From Gammaproteobacteria bacterium (lineage in GTDB: Bacteria > Pseudomonadota > Gammaproteobacteria > GCA-002705445 > GCA-002716945): a stretch of DNA of 64,000 nt. The stretch's first letter is position 1, and the number at the start of each line of letters is the position of its first letter. The notes beneath the pieces are model-generated. The model had not been told where the DNA came from and searched no databases. It saw nothing but the letters and a program-made list of their open reading frames with translations. Where the stretch lies: assembly GCA_002716945.1 (NCBI GenBank), contig PBCF01000002.1, forward strand, positions 414,953 through 478,952, read 5' to 3'. Shown here piece by piece: positions 1-10,438 of the stretch. Both the position numbers and the translations under genes were made by a program.

Positions 1-787
1 ATTTACTTATAACATAATCATCAATTTTTTGATCTCTAAAGTGAATGGGGATGTCATAAATTGATTGTGTGTCTTTTGCAGAAAATACTGCATTACTTTC
101 AACATTAGTAAATAATGCAATTTTATTTTTTAATTTCTTATCAATATTAGATTTACCTCTACATAACAAAACATCAGGCTGTATTCCAATTGAACGTAGT
201 TCTTTTACAGAATGTTGGGTTGGTTTTGTTTTTATTTCACCTGTTACATCAATAATAGGTAGTAGTGTTAAATGTATGAACAACGATTTATTTATACCCA
301 AGTCTAAATTAAGCTGTCTAATCGCTTCCAAAAAAGGTAATGATTCTATGTCGCCAACTGTTCCACCAACTTCTACAAAAGCAATGTCAGAATTTTTAGA
401 TCCTTTTCTTATTAATTTTTTTATCTCATCAGTTATATGAGGAATAACTTGAACTGTACTTCCAAGATAATCACCTCTTCTTTCTTTAGTTATAACGTTG
501 GAATATACTTTGCCAGCAGTTACATTGCTATCTTGAGTCATTTTAATTCCAACAAACCTTTCATAATGCCCTAAATCTAAATCTGTCTCTGCTCCATCAT
601 CAGTAACAAAGACTTCGCCATGTTGTATAGGGCTCATTGTACCAGGGTCTAAATTGATATATGGATCGAGTTTTTGTAGAGATACCTTGAATCCACGAAG
701 TTTAAATAACGATGCGAGGGAGGCGGCGGCTATTCCTTTTCCAAGGGATGAAACTACTCCACCAGTGATAAATATGTACCTTGTCAT
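1..787 (-). CDS. pyrG: CTP synthase, N-terminal portion. The gene continues past the window start.
   Basis: Minus-strand translation from ATG at 787 reads [21 protein letters not shown]...[38 protein letters not shown], near-identical to the PyrG N-terminus. No stop before position 1. Confidence 0.9.
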   Translation of the reverse strand, partial: MTRYIFITGGVVSSLGKGIAAASLASLFKLRGFKVSLQKLDPYINLDPGTMSPIQHGEVFVTDDGAETDLDLGHYERFVGIKMTQDSNVTAGKVYSNVITKERRGDYLGSTVQVIPHITDEIKKLIRKGSKNSDIAFVEVGGTVGDIESLPFLEAIRQLNLDLGINKSLFIHLTLLPIIDVTGEIKTKPTQHSVKELRSIGIQPDVLLCRGKSNIDKKLKNKIALFTNVESNAVFSAKDTQSIYDIPIHFRDQKIDDYVISK

Positions 788-835
788 ATAATCTTTATCG
801 AATTATAGTCGAAATTAAATCGAAAATATAGCTAT

Positions 836-864
836 AAAGGCATAATGTTGTTCACTATGCCTTT
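836..864 (-). terminator. Candidate hairpin between amt stop and pyrG start (AAAGGCATA, 11-nt loop, TATGCCTTT).
   Basis: Perfect 9-bp inverted repeat at 836-844 and 856-864. Only a weak T-tract follows on the minus strand. Confidence 0.25.
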
Positions 865-919
865 ATATTAAATTTGTTGCAAATGGAGGAGTGAGGGATG
901 AGATTTGCAACAAACTAGT

Positions 920-2188
920 CTATTTTTTTGGATAAACAGAAGGCGCGCTATCCATAGATTTACTAAACTCTGGATATGCTTCTAACCCACATTCAGCAAT
1001 ATCTACTCCTTCATCTTCTTGATTAGCATTAACTCTTAAGCCATATATCATATTAATGGCAGACCAAAATAGGTAACTAACTATAAAAGTCCAAAGAAAG
1101 ATGACTATAGTCCCATATAATTGTGTTCCAAAAGAACCACTGGTTAAGGAAACAGCAAGTAATCCCCAAATCCCACAAGTTCCATGAGCAGATATTGCTC
1201 CTACAGGATCGTCAATTCTTAATTTGTCTAAACCAATAATTGAAAAAACTACAATAAGTCCGCCTATAAATCCTACTACTAATGCTAATCCTGGTGTGGG
1301 CGCTAATGGCTCAGCTGTAATAGAGACTAATCCTCCAATCGCACCATTAAGAGCCATAGTTAAATCAGACTTTCCAAACATCATCTTGGAAAGTATTAAA
1401 GCTCCCATAACTCCACCAGCTGCTGCTAAATTTGTATTAACTAATATCATTGATACAGCATTAGCTTCTGAAACATTTGATATTATAAGTTCAGAGCCTC
1501 CATTGAATCCAAACCAACCTAACCATAAAATAAATGTTCCTAGTGTTGCTAGAGGTAAATTGGCACCAGGCATTGCATTAACTTTGCCATCTGTATATTT
1601 ACCAGTTCTAGCACCTAATACCATTACTCCTGCTAACGCTGCTGCAGCTCCACATAGATGGACAACACCTGATCCAGCAAAATCTGAAAACCCTGCTTCA
1701 TCAAGAAAACCGCCGCCCCATTTCCAATATCCTTGAACAGGATAAATAATACTTGTCATGAAGACACAAAATAATAAAAAAGGCCATAATTTCATTCTCT
1801 CTGCTACTGCGCCAGATATGATTGAACATGCAGTTGCCACAAAAACTACTTGGAAAAAATGATCAGCAATTCCTGAATAGTAAATATCACCACCACTTGC
1901 TATAACAGCATCTGTCGCATGATCTGCACCGAGGAAAAAACTTAAACCAGGTATAATTCCAGTACCAGTTGCCGGATACATTAAATTATATCCAACAATC
2001 ATATACATAATTACTGCTATAGAATAGAGAGCAATATTCTTAGTCAATATTTCAGCAGTATTTTTTGCTCTAACAAGACCAGATTCCAACATTGTAAATC
2101 CAGCTGCCATCCACATAACGAACGCACCCATTACTAAAAAATAAAAAGTGTCTAGTGCATAAGCTAACTCAATAATTTTATCTTCCAT
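920..2188 (-). CDS. amt: Ammonium transporter (Amt/MEP family).
   Basis: 422 aa with about 11 TM segments and Amt family signature stretches (GAVAERMK, VHLCGAAAALAG, FGFNGGS). AGGAG ribosome-binding site upstream. Confidence 0.9.
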   Translation of the reverse strand: MEDKIIELAYALDTFYFLVMGAFVMWMAAGFTMLESGLVRAKNTAEILTKNIALYSIAVIMYMIVGYNLMYPATGTGIIPGLSFFLGADHATDAVIASGGDIYYSGIADHFFQVVFVATACSIISGAVAERMKLWPFLLFCVFMTSIIYPVQGYWKWGGGFLDEAGFSDFAGSGVVHLCGAAAALAGVMVLGARTGKYTDGKVNAMPGANLPLATLGTFILWLGWFGFNGGSELIISNVSEANAVSMILVNTNLAAAGGVMGALILSKMMFGKSDLTMALNGAIGGLVSITAEPLAPTPGLALVVGFIGGLIVVFSIIGLDKLRIDDPVGAISAHGTCGIWGLLAVSLTSGSFGTQLYGTIVIFLWTFIVSYLFWSAINMIYGLRVNANQEDEGVDIAECGLEAYPEFSKSMDSAPSVYPKK

Positions 2189-2220
2189 TTTTAAACTCCT
2201 AAAAATAATTACTTAAGTAT

Positions 2221-2237
2221 ATGCATAAATCATGCCA
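2221..2237 (-). promoter_or_regulatory. Candidate sigma-54 (-24/-12) promoter for amt.
   Basis: Minus strand reads TTGGCATGATTTATGCAT, matching the TGGCAC-N5-TTGCA consensus with GG-N10-GC spacing. It lies about 35-50 nt upstream of the amt ATG. Confidence 0.4.
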
Positions 2238-2350
2238 ATAATTTAATATCAAAAAAATGGTAATTTTTTAACATTAATGATCTATATTGATGCTAAAGTG
2301 CACTAATAAAGAGCAAGTATAATTGTAAATAATAAATATTTAGGTGTATC

Positions 2351-3328
2351 TCAAGATTTAATTTTTTCTAAGTAAATTATTCCTTGGGTTTTAGTAATCT
2401 TGATTGTTTTGTATTCAAAAAGTGGGTGTGAATCATTCTTGGCTTTGACAACACTCTTTAAGATTTCATGGATTTGATTATTATATAGCGAGACATTGGT
2501 TTGAGTTTTTATCCACTCATGTAGTAATGAGGGTTGAATATTAATATCTTCTGCAATTAATTTTGCTGATAATAATTCATTAGAATTATTATCATTATAT
2601 AATTTAATAATTTTTGATTGCATATACTCTTTTGCTAGATAAGATTTTATTTTTTGTTGTTGAATATTGTTTGACATAATTTTATTTAAACTTTTCCATC
2701 GATTGTTTAATAATGGTAAAACCTTATTTCTAATATAATTCCTATCAAAATCATTTAAATTATTAGTAATATCATCAATATATTCAACTTTATTATCAGT
2801 AGAATAGTTTTTAATAATTGATTTATCTAATTTAAGCAGTGGTCTTGCAATAGGTTTAGAGTTTATGTATGAGAATATATCCATACAACTTAATCCACTA
2901 GGACTAGATCCTCTCATAAGTCTTAAAAAAAATGTTTCTACTTGATCGTCAAAATGATGTGCAGTCAATATAAATTCATCATCTTTTACTTCATCAGTTA
3001 TCAATTTATAACGTTTTTCACGTAGTTTTTCTTCTACATTGCTAGAACCATTTAAATGTATATCACCTGTTATATAGGCAACATTATATTTTTTAAAAAT
3101 ATTAACACAATGATTAAAATAATCTAAGGAATTATTATTTAAATGATGATTGATATGAATACATCTTATGTTGATGTGATAATCTTCTTTTAAGTTGTTT
3201 AATGCATGTAATAATACACTAGAATCTATTCCGCCACTAAATGCTAATAGAAATTTTTTTATATTAATATTTTTTAAAAAATTTACTAATTCATTCTTAA
3301 CTATTTTCGTCGACGTTGTAATCTCCAT
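2351..3328 (-). CDS. tilS: tRNA(Ile)-lysidine synthetase.
   Basis: PP-loop motif SGGIDSS near the N-terminus. Conserved position downstream of accA. Short form of 325 aa. The called start overlaps the accA 3' end by 32 nt, so the true start may differ. Confidence 0.8.
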   Translation of the reverse strand: MEITTSTKIVKNELVNFLKNINIKKFLLAFSGGIDSSVLLHALNNLKEDYHINIRCIHINHHLNNNSLDYFNHCVNIFKKYNVAYITGDIHLNGSSNVEEKLREKRYKLITDEVKDDEFILTAHHFDDQVETFFLRLMRGSSPSGLSCMDIFSYINSKPIARPLLKLDKSIIKNYSTDNKVEYIDDITNNLNDFDRNYIRNKVLPLLNNRWKSLNKIMSNNIQQQKIKSYLAKEYMQSKIIKLYNDNNSNELLSAKLIAEDINIQPSLLHEWIKTQTNVSLYNNQIHEILKSVVKAKNDSHPLFEYKTIKITKTQGIIYLEKIKS

Positions 3329-4271
3329 AATCTTCTATTTTGTTTTTTCTTTGAAGAATTAAATCATTAATATTTTTAAGTTTAACCTCTTCAAGCATAT
3401 TGGTTAAATTTATTTTCAATGCTGAACTCATAGCTACATAATCTCTATGAGCACCGCCTACAGGCTCAGGTATTATGGAGTCAATTAAGTTGAAGTTTAA
3501 TAACTTTGAAGACGTTATACATAACGCTTCTGCCGCAGTAGCAGCTTTTTTTGCATCTTTCCATAAAATAGATGCGCACCCTTCAGGACTAATAACTGAA
3601 TAAATACTATATTCAAGCATTGCAATTTTATCACCAATACCAATTGCAAGAGCGCCTCCAGATCCTCCTTCTCCAATAATTATAGATATTATAGGTACTT
3701 TTAAATTAGACATTGTATATAAATTTTGTGCTATGGCTTGGCTTTGATTACGTGATTCTGCGTCAATTCCAGGATAGGCGCCAGGTGTATCAATAAATGT
3801 AACTAATGGTAGATTAAACTTTTCAGCTAATTGCATAATTCTATGGGCTTTTCTATAACCTTCTGGTTTTGGCATGCCAAAATTACGATGTACTTTTTCT
3901 TTTGCATCACGTCCTTTCTGATGTCCAATAAACATAAAATCTAAATTATCAATTTTTGCTATACCAGTGATAATGGCTGGATCATCACCGTACATTCTGT
4001 CTCCATGTAATTCTGTAAAATCAGTAAACAAATGTTCTATATAGTCAAGTGTATAAGGTCTTAATGGATGTCTAGCTAACTGCGATATTTGCCAATCTGA
4101 TAAATTTTTAAAAATTTTAATAGTTTCAGATTCAAAATTTTCTTTAAGTTTAGATATTTGACTTAATGTAGATTCATTTTTGTCAGTACTGTTGGATAAT
4201 GTATTTATTTTATCTTCAATCTTAAGAAGAGATTGTTCAAAATCTAAATAATTTGGATTATATTCAGCCAT
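3297..4271 (-). CDS. accA: Acetyl-CoA carboxylase carboxyltransferase alpha subunit.
   Basis: Strong similarity to AccA throughout (ARHPLRPYTLDYI, FIDTPGAYPG, IGEGGSGGALA, SVISPEGCASILWKDA). Confidence 0.95.
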   Translation of the reverse strand: MAEYNPNYLDFEQSLLKIEDKINTLSNSTDKNESTLSQISKLKENFESETIKIFKNLSDWQISQLARHPLRPYTLDYIEHLFTDFTELHGDRMYGDDPAIITGIAKIDNLDFMFIGHQKGRDAKEKVHRNFGMPKPEGYRKAHRIMQLAEKFNLPLVTFIDTPGAYPGIDAESRNQSQAIAQNLYTMSNLKVPIISIIIGEGGSGGALAIGIGDKIAMLEYSIYSVISPEGCASILWKDAKKAATAAEALCITSSKLLNFNLIDSIIPEPVGGAHRDYVAMSSALKINLTNMLEEVKLKNINDLILQRKNKIEDYGDYNVDENS

Positions 4272-4307
4272 TGTAAGAATTAATTATAAACAAATTTTAT
4301 AAAATAA

Positions 4308-7300
4308 CTATTGATATTTAACAAGAATATTTTCTTTTCCTAATAAATCCCTTAAATTATTGATTAAAGATGTTGATGGTGTAACATGCCAATCATTATC
4401 TAATTCTTTCATAGTTAAAAGATGTCCCTCACTTATATATTTTATAGATAACGGACAACTTCCATGTTTATACGGCTCTAATATATGAACTATTTTCTTT
4501 AATAAATCATTATTAAGTGCATTAGATTCTAAAAGTAATTCTATCTTTTTTGAATATTTTAATCTTGCAGTTTCTATATCAAATATTCTTGTAGCTTTAA
4601 AAGATAGTTGATTATCAAAATCATCCAAGGTAATTGTTCCAGTAAAGAATAATATATGATCTTCATGTATCATGCTTTTATATTTTTCATAAACATCATC
4701 ATAAACAACTATCTGCAATCTAGAGGTTGAATCATCTACCATTAATATATACATAAATTTGTCTTTACCGGATCTCTGACGTCTGATGTTTGTTATGACG
4801 CCAGTTATAGTAGAATGTTCTTCGGTATTTGAATCTATTTCATTTGAATTAATTTTTTCATAATAGTGTTTTATATTTTTAACTGACATCTCATCTATTT
4901 CATCGCTAAACTCTTGTATGGGGTGTCCTGTTAGATAAAATCCGATAACTTTCTTTTCTGAAGAAAATAATTTTAATCTATCTGAAGAACTTAAATTAGT
5001 ATCTTTTTTTGCTTGATTTATAGAGATGACATTAGAATTGACAATTTCCTTTGAATTATTTGAAAATAATTCTTTTTGTCCTGAAGCTTGTATATCTTGT
5101 TTGTTTTGGCCGAATGAGATAGCTTTATCAATTAAATTAATTAATAAATTTCTATTAGCGTTAAATTCATCAAAACTGCCTGAATATATTAATGATTCTA
5201 AAGTTCCAGTGTTAACAATATTCGAAGATATTCTTTCGCAGAAATCAAATATATTTAAAAATGAACCGTTTTTATTTCTTTCTTCAATAATATGTGCAAC
5301 TGCCGTAGCTCCAACACCTTTAATTGCACCAAGCCCAAACAGAATATTATTGTCATTAACAGTTGTAAAATCAAAGTTTGATTCATTTATATCTGGTTGT
5401 TTAACTTTTATATTAATTTCTGAACAAGCATGTACCAAGTTAATTATTTTATCAGTATTATCCATATTTGAAGATAAGCATGCAGCCAAAAACTCTGCCG
5501 GAAAATATGTTTTTAGATATGCTGTTTGATATGCAAGATATGCATATGCTACAGAATGTGATTTATTAAAACCATAACCTGCAAATTTCTCCATTTTAGA
5601 AAATATAGAATGAGCAACATTAGATGATATACCTTTTTTTTTGGCACCATTGAGAAATTTTATTCTATGTGTTTCCATTTCTTTTTTCTTTTTCTTACCC
5701 ATTGCTCTTCTTAATAAATCCGCTTCGCCTAGTGTATAGCCTGCTAAGGATCTTGATATCTCCATTACTTGTTCTTGATATAAAATAAGTCCATAGGTGC
5801 TAGATAATATAGTTTGTAAAAGATCATGCTCATATTGAATTTCTTTTCCATGTTTATTGCTTATAAAATCATCAACCATGTTAGTTCCTAATGGGCCTGG
5901 TCTGTATAATGCCACCAAAGCTACTATGTCATTAAAGCAATCTGGTTTCATCCTACCCATATATCTTCTAATTCCGTAAGATTCAGATTGGAAAACACCT
6001 GTTGTTTGTTTGTTTTGGAATAAATTAAAAACTTTTTTATCATTAAAATTTATTTTGTCAATGTGAAAATCTACATGATCAGATTTATTTTTTATCGCTT
6101 TTACTGTTTTATTTATAACTGTTAAGGTCCTTAATCCTAAAATATCAAATTTAACCAGACCAAGTTTTTCTATATCATCTTTATCAAGCTGTGTGACTAG
6201 TTCATCACTTTCTTCAATTCTATATAATGGTAAAAATCTATTTATTTTATCGGGTGTTATAACAATTCCTGCAGCGTGTTTACCAGCATTTGCTGGCAAG
6301 CCTTCTAATTTTTTTGAAGTATCAATTAAATGCTTTATATCTTTATTAGATGTATATTCTTTTTGTAAATCTTTATTTTCCGCTAAAGCTTCATCAATTG
6401 TTATACCAACTGGTAAAGCTGGAATTTGTTTTGCGATTCTATCTACAAAAGTATAAGCAAGGTCTTGAACGCGACCAACATCTCTAATAACACGTCTTGC
6501 AGATAAAGAATTAAAAGTAATTATTTGTGATACTTTGCTTTCGCCATATACTTCAATAATATGATCAATAACTTTTTGGCGATTCAACATACAGAAATCT
6601 ATATCAAAATCAGGAAGAGATTTTCTCTCGATATTCAAAAATCTTTCGAAAAGTAAATCATATTTTACTGGATCGATCGTTGTTATGCCTAACGCATATG
6701 CTACCAATGATCCTGCGCCAGATCCTCTTCCAGGGCCAACTGGTATTGAATTCTTTTTAGACCATGAAATAAATTCTTGTACAATCAAAAAATAATCTGT
6801 AAATTTCATCTCTTGTATAACATTTATTTCTTTTTGAAGTCTATCTATATAATTCTCTCTATTTTTAATTTTTTTAATATCTAAAATAGTCTTCAGACCT
6901 TCCATCGCTAGTTTAGAGAAATATTCATTATTATTCATATCTTTTGGCGATACAAATGATGGTAGATAATAATTTGATGTATCAATATGTAAATTACACT
7001 TCCTAGTAATATGACTTGCATTTTCAATGGCATCAGGAATATCAGAAAATAATTTATCCATATCAGTGTTTGATTTGAAGTACTGTTGATCAGAAAACTC
7101 TGTTTGTTTATTTCTATCATCAAGTTTTATTTTTCTGTTTATACAAACTTTGGTTTCATTTGTTTCAAAATCTTCTGAATTCATAAACAAAACATCATTA
7201 CTAGCAACAATTGGTAAATTTAGATCGTCTGCTATATTAATTATATGATTATTATAAATGTCCTCATTCAATCTAGATGTCCTTTCTATTTCACAATACA

Positions 7301-7793
7301 GTCTATCTTTATAGAATTCAGAAATTAATTGTATATCCTTTTTAATAATATCTATTTTTTCTGTTAAAAGATTTCTACCCAATAAACCATTTCTCCCACC
7401 AGTTAGCATTATTAGGCCTTGATTTAATTCGCATATTTTATTGATTGTTGTTGATGGTTTTTGATTTGCCTGTTTATTTGTATGCGCTTCTGTGATTAAT
7501 TTAATTAAATTATTATATCCGTCTATATTCTTGCACAATAGAACTATATTAGGAAAATATGAGTGATTATAATTTGTTGTAATAGGTATTTCACAACCAA
7601 TAATTGGTTTAATTTTTTTTTCTATACATTTCTGATAAAATTTTATAGCATTAGAAATATTTGAATGATCTGTAATAGCTAAACTTGAAATTTTGTTTGT
7701 CTTGGCATAATCAATTAGTTTATCAATTTTTATAATACCACTATCTAATGAATATGATGTATGTAAGTGTAGATGTATAAATTCATTCTTCAT
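4308..7793 (-). CDS. dnaE: DNA polymerase III alpha subunit.
   Basis: 1161 aa. PHP domain at the N-terminus (HLHLHTSYSLDSG), polymerase core motifs (GPGRGSGAGSLVAYALGIT, KFDILGLRTL) and the OB-fold region. Confidence 0.97.
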   Translation of the reverse strand: MKNEFIHLHLHTSYSLDSGIIKIDKLIDYAKTNKISSLAITDHSNISNAIKFYQKCIEKKIKPIIGCEIPITTNYNHSYFPNIVLLCKNIDGYNNLIKLITEAHTNKQANQKPSTTINKICELNQGLIMLTGGRNGLLGRNLLTEKIDIIKKDIQLISEFYKDRLYCEIERTSRLNEDIYNNHIINIADDLNLPIVASNDVLFMNSEDFETNETKVCINRKIKLDDRNKQTEFSDQQYFKSNTDMDKLFSDIPDAIENASHITRKCNLHIDTSNYYLPSFVSPKDMNNNEYFSKLAMEGLKTILDIKKIKNRENYIDRLQKEINVIQEMKFTDYFLIVQEFISWSKKNSIPVGPGRGSGAGSLVAYALGITTIDPVKYDLLFERFLNIERKSLPDFDIDFCMLNRQKVIDHIIEVYGESKVSQIITFNSLSARRVIRDVGRVQDLAYTFVDRIAKQIPALPVGITIDEALAENKDLQKEYTSNKDIKHLIDTSKKLEGLPANAGKHAAGIVITPDKINRFLPLYRIEESDELVTQLDKDDIEKLGLVKFDILGLRTLTVINKTVKAIKNKSDHVDFHIDKINFNDKKVFNLFQNKQTTGVFQSESYGIRRYMGRMKPDCFNDIVALVALYRPGPLGTNMVDDFISNKHGKEIQYEHDLLQTILSSTYGLILYQEQVMEISRSLAGYTLGEADLLRRAMGKKKKKEMETHRIKFLNGAKKKGISSNVAHSIFSKMEKFAGYGFNKSHSVAYAYLAYQTAYLKTYFPAEFLAACLSSNMDNTDKIINLVHACSEINIKVKQPDINESNFDFTTVNDNNILFGLGAIKGVGATAVAHIIEERNKNGSFLNIFDFCERISSNIVNTGTLESLIYSGSFDEFNANRNLLINLIDKAISFGQNKQDIQASGQKELFSNNSKEIVNSNVISINQAKKDTNLSSSDRLKLFSSEKKVIGFYLTGHPIQEFSDEIDEMSVKNIKHYYEKINSNEIDSNTEEHSTITGVITNIRRQRSGKDKFMYILMVDDSTSRLQIVVYDDVYEKYKSMIHEDHILFFTGTITLDDFDNQLSFKATRIFDIETARLKYSKKIELLLESNALNNDLLKKIVHILEPYKHGSCPLSIKYISEGHLLTMKELDNDWHVTPSTSLINNLRDLLGKENILVKYQ

Positions 7794-8359
7794 AAAGCTA
7801 TAGTATGTAAAGGTGAAAATGTCATTCTATGATGAATACAAGGTCCAAAAATATCTAATGCAATCTTATGATCTTTGGTAGGATAACCCTTATTCTTATC
7901 AAAACCATATACGTTGATTTGTGAGTGAATGAACTTCATTTCATTATCTCGAATTACCTTAGCTACAATAGATGCTGCCGATATAACTGGAATAGTTTTA
8001 TCGCCTTTTACAAAACACTTTGTGGGTACCTCGATTTTAGGAGCATATAGGCCATCAATATATATCAATTCAGGTATAACAGATAAATTGTCAAATGCCC
8101 TTTTCATTGATAATAGTGTAGCATTATGAATATTAATTTTGTCAATTTCTTGGTTTGATGAAAAACCAATGCCTAAAGCAAGACAGTTACTAACAATGTA
8201 TCTAGACAGTTTTACTCTCCTAGATTCGCTGATACTTTTAGAGTCAACCAATTGGCTATCATCGATGCCTCTGTCTAGTATCAACGCTACAGAAACTACT
8301 GGGCCAGCCAAGCAACCTCTTCCTACTTCATCAATACCAGCTAAAAGTTTGCTTGTCAT
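7790..8359 (-). CDS. rnhB: Ribonuclease HII.
   Basis: 189 aa. N-terminal GIDEVGRGCLAGPVV catalytic motif. ATGA overlap with dnaE. Confidence 0.9.
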   Translation of the reverse strand: MTSKLLAGIDEVGRGCLAGPVVSVALILDRGIDDSQLVDSKSISESRRVKLSRYIVSNCLALGIGFSSNQEIDKINIHNATLLSMKRAFDNLSVIPELIYIDGLYAPKIEVPTKCFVKGDKTIPVISAASIVAKVIRDNEMKFIHSQINVYGFDKNKGYPTKDHKIALDIFGPCIHHRMTFSPLHTIAL

Positions 8360-8426
8360 CGGTAAAACACTATATAATTGAACATTATTATAAATATATC
8401 AAAAATTTTGGGCCTATGCCGTTGAA

Positions 8427-9338
8427 ATGAGAAAAAATAAGATTAATATTGGAATAATTGGGCTCGGATATCTTGGAAAATATCACTATGAAAAATATCA
8501 TAAAAACCCATTATGTAATATAGAATGGGTTGTAGATATTAATAAAAAGAACCTAAATTATGTATCTCCACAGTATAAAAAAACAACTAATTATAAGGAA
8601 ATAATCAAAGATGTTGATGCTGTATCTATTGTAACCCCTACAAAAAATCATTTTCCAATATCAAAATATTTTCTAGAAAAGAATATACATGTTTTGTTGG
8701 AAAAACCTATGACAGATACGATAGAACAGGCAAATAAGTTAATAAAAATTGCAAAAACCAATAAACTTATACTTCAAATTGGACACCTTGAAAGATTTAA
8801 TCCAGTAATGGATACATTAAATAGACAAATAAAGAATCCCATGTTTATAGAAGGTCATCGTTTATCAAAGTTTAATGTTAGATCAACAGATGTAAATGTA
8901 ATATATGATCTAATGATTCATGATATTGATATAATGAAATCATTAGTTAATAGTAATATTAAAAAGATTTCTGCGTTTGGGAAGAAAATATTAACTAAAT
9001 CTACTGATATTGCAAATGTTAGAATTGAATTTAGTAATAAGTGTATAGCTAATTTGACTGCAAGCAGGATAAGTCAAAAGAATGAAAGAAAACTAAGGAT
9101 TTTTCAGAAAGATACATACCTATCTGTTGATTTTATGAATCATGAAATAAAAAAATATACAAAGGATAAAATAAAATTATTTAAGCGTGAAGATTTTAAG
9201 TTTGATAAATCTGATGCTTTAAAAATTGAAATTAATAATTTTATTCTTTCATGTTTAGGTAAAGAAAAACCTTTAGTAAATGGAGAGATGGGAAAAGAGG
9301 CGTTACTTATAGCTCATAAAATTTCTAAATTATTATGA
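8427..9338 (+). CDS. gnnA: Gfo/Idh/MocA-family NAD-dependent oxidoreductase. Probably UDP-GlcNAc 3-dehydrogenase (GnnA-like).
   Basis: 303 aa. N-terminal Rossmann GxGxxG (IGIIGLGYLG) and the family EKP motif (LLEKPM). Translationally coupled to a DegT aminotransferase and lpxB, beside lpxA. Confidence 0.6.
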   Translation: MRKNKINIGIIGLGYLGKYHYEKYHKNPLCNIEWVVDINKKNLNYVSPQYKKTTNYKEIIKDVDAVSIVTPTKNHFPISKYFLEKNIHVLLEKPMTDTIEQANKLIKIAKTNKLILQIGHLERFNPVMDTLNRQIKNPMFIEGHRLSKFNVRSTDVNVIYDLMIHDIDIMKSLVNSNIKKISAFGKKILTKSTDIANVRIEFSNKCIANLTASRISQKNERKLRIFQKDTYLSVDFMNHEIKKYTKDKIKLFKREDFKFDKSDALKIEINNFILSCLGKEKPLVNGEMGKEALLIAHKISKLL

Positions 9339-10438
9339 ATAAAAACAAATTAAAAATGTTTGATCTAACTAATCAATATTCAAAACTTAAACCAAAAATA
9401 AGTACATCCGTACAACAAGTATTAGAAAGTGGTCAGTATATATTAGGTCAGAATGTTATAAAATTTGAAAAAAATTTGAGCAAATATATTGGTTCTAAAT
9501 ATTCTATATCATGTAATTCTGGAACTGATGCGTTAATTTTATCTTTGATGTGTTTGGGCATAACAAGAGAAGATGAAGTTATAACATCTCCATTTACATA
9601 TTTTGCAACTGCTGAAGCTATAACATTATGTGGAGCTAAACCAATATTTATAGACATTGATAAAGATAGCTTTAATATAAATCCAGAAAAAATATCTCAA
9701 GCTATAACAAAAAAGACTAAAGCTATAATAATAGTACATATTTTTGGTCAGCCAGCAAATATGATTGAAATCAAAAAAATATGTAAAAAATTTAACATTA
9801 AAATAATCGAAGATTGTGCTCAATCTATTGGATCGAAAATTAAATCAATGAAGACCGGGGCTTTTGGTGATTTTGGTTGTTTTAGTTTTTTCCCTACAAA
9901 AAATTTAGGTTGCGCTGGTGATGGTGGAGCAATAGTAACATCTAATAAATCATTTGCCGAAAAACTCTTTAAATTAAGAAACCATGGTGGTGTCAACAGA
10001 AATAACCATGAATTCATCGGTATGAATAGTAGGTTAGATGAAATTCAGGCTGCTATTTTAAATGTTAAATTAAAGCATCTTGACTCATTTAACAGAAAAA
10101 GAAATGAGATTGCAAAGTTATATAAAAGACTAATAAACAACAAAAACATAAAATTACCATATCATAGTAAAAATAATTATCATGTTTATAATCTATTCAC
10201 TTTGCAGGTAAAAAATAGAGACAAATTTTGTAAGTATTTAAATAAAAATAAAATACCTTTTGGAATATATTATCCTACACCTTTATATAAACAAAAATCT
10301 CTAAAAAAGATCTGTTCACCAAAAAAACTGCCTATTGTTGAAAAAATCACAAAAGAGTGTGTATCTATACCAATGTTTCCGGAATTAGATTATGATTCTA
10401 TTAAATATATTTCAAATATAATTAACAAATTTAAGTAA
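9335..10438 (+). CDS. gnnB: DegT/DnrJ/EryC1/StrS-family PLP-dependent aminotransferase. Probably UDP-3-keto-GlcNAc aminotransferase (GnnB-like).
   Basis: 367 aa. Typical family N-terminus (GQYILGQNV..FE) and PLP-lysine region (SFFPTKNLG). ATGA overlap with the upstream oxidoreductase and TAATG overlap with lpxB. Confidence 0.6.
   Translation: MNKNKLKMFDLTNQYSKLKPKISTSVQQVLESGQYILGQNVIKFEKNLSKYIGSKYSISCNSGTDALILSLMCLGITREDEVITSPFTYFATAEAITLCGAKPIFIDIDKDSFNINPEKISQAITKKTKAIIIVHIFGQPANMIEIKKICKKFNIKIIEDCAQSIGSKIKSMKTGAFGDFGCFSFFPTKNLGCAGDGGAIVTSNKSFAEKLFKLRNHGGVNRNNHEFIGMNSRLDEIQAAILNVKLKHLDSFNRKRNEIAKLYKRLINNKNIKLPYHSKNNYHVYNLFTLQVKNRDKFCKYLNKNKIPFGIYYPTPLYKQKSLKKICSPKKLPIVEKITKECVSIPMFPELDYDSIKYISNIINKFK

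Noticed and set aside
69-440. 123-aa plus-strand ORF at the window start.
   Set aside because: It lies antisense inside the strongly conserved pyrG (CTP synthase) reading frame and has low-complexity composition. It is a shadow ORF.
1224-1736. 170-aa plus-strand ORF rich in Pro, Ala and Asn.
   Set aside because: It lies entirely antisense within the ammonium transporter gene. Its composition is typical of the reverse frame of a membrane protein.
2281-2310. Possible NtrC enhancer half-sites (GTGCAC...GAGCA) upstream of the amt sigma-54-like promoter.
   Set aside because: Spacing and dyad symmetry do not match the TGCACC-N5-GGTGCA consensus well enough to call.
5026-6456. Several plus-strand ORFs of 60-170 aa inside dnaE (5026..5529, 6193..6456, 6935..7123).
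   Set aside because: They are embedded antisense in DNA polymerase III alpha and have no motifs. AT-rich genomes give long spurious reverse-strand ORFs.
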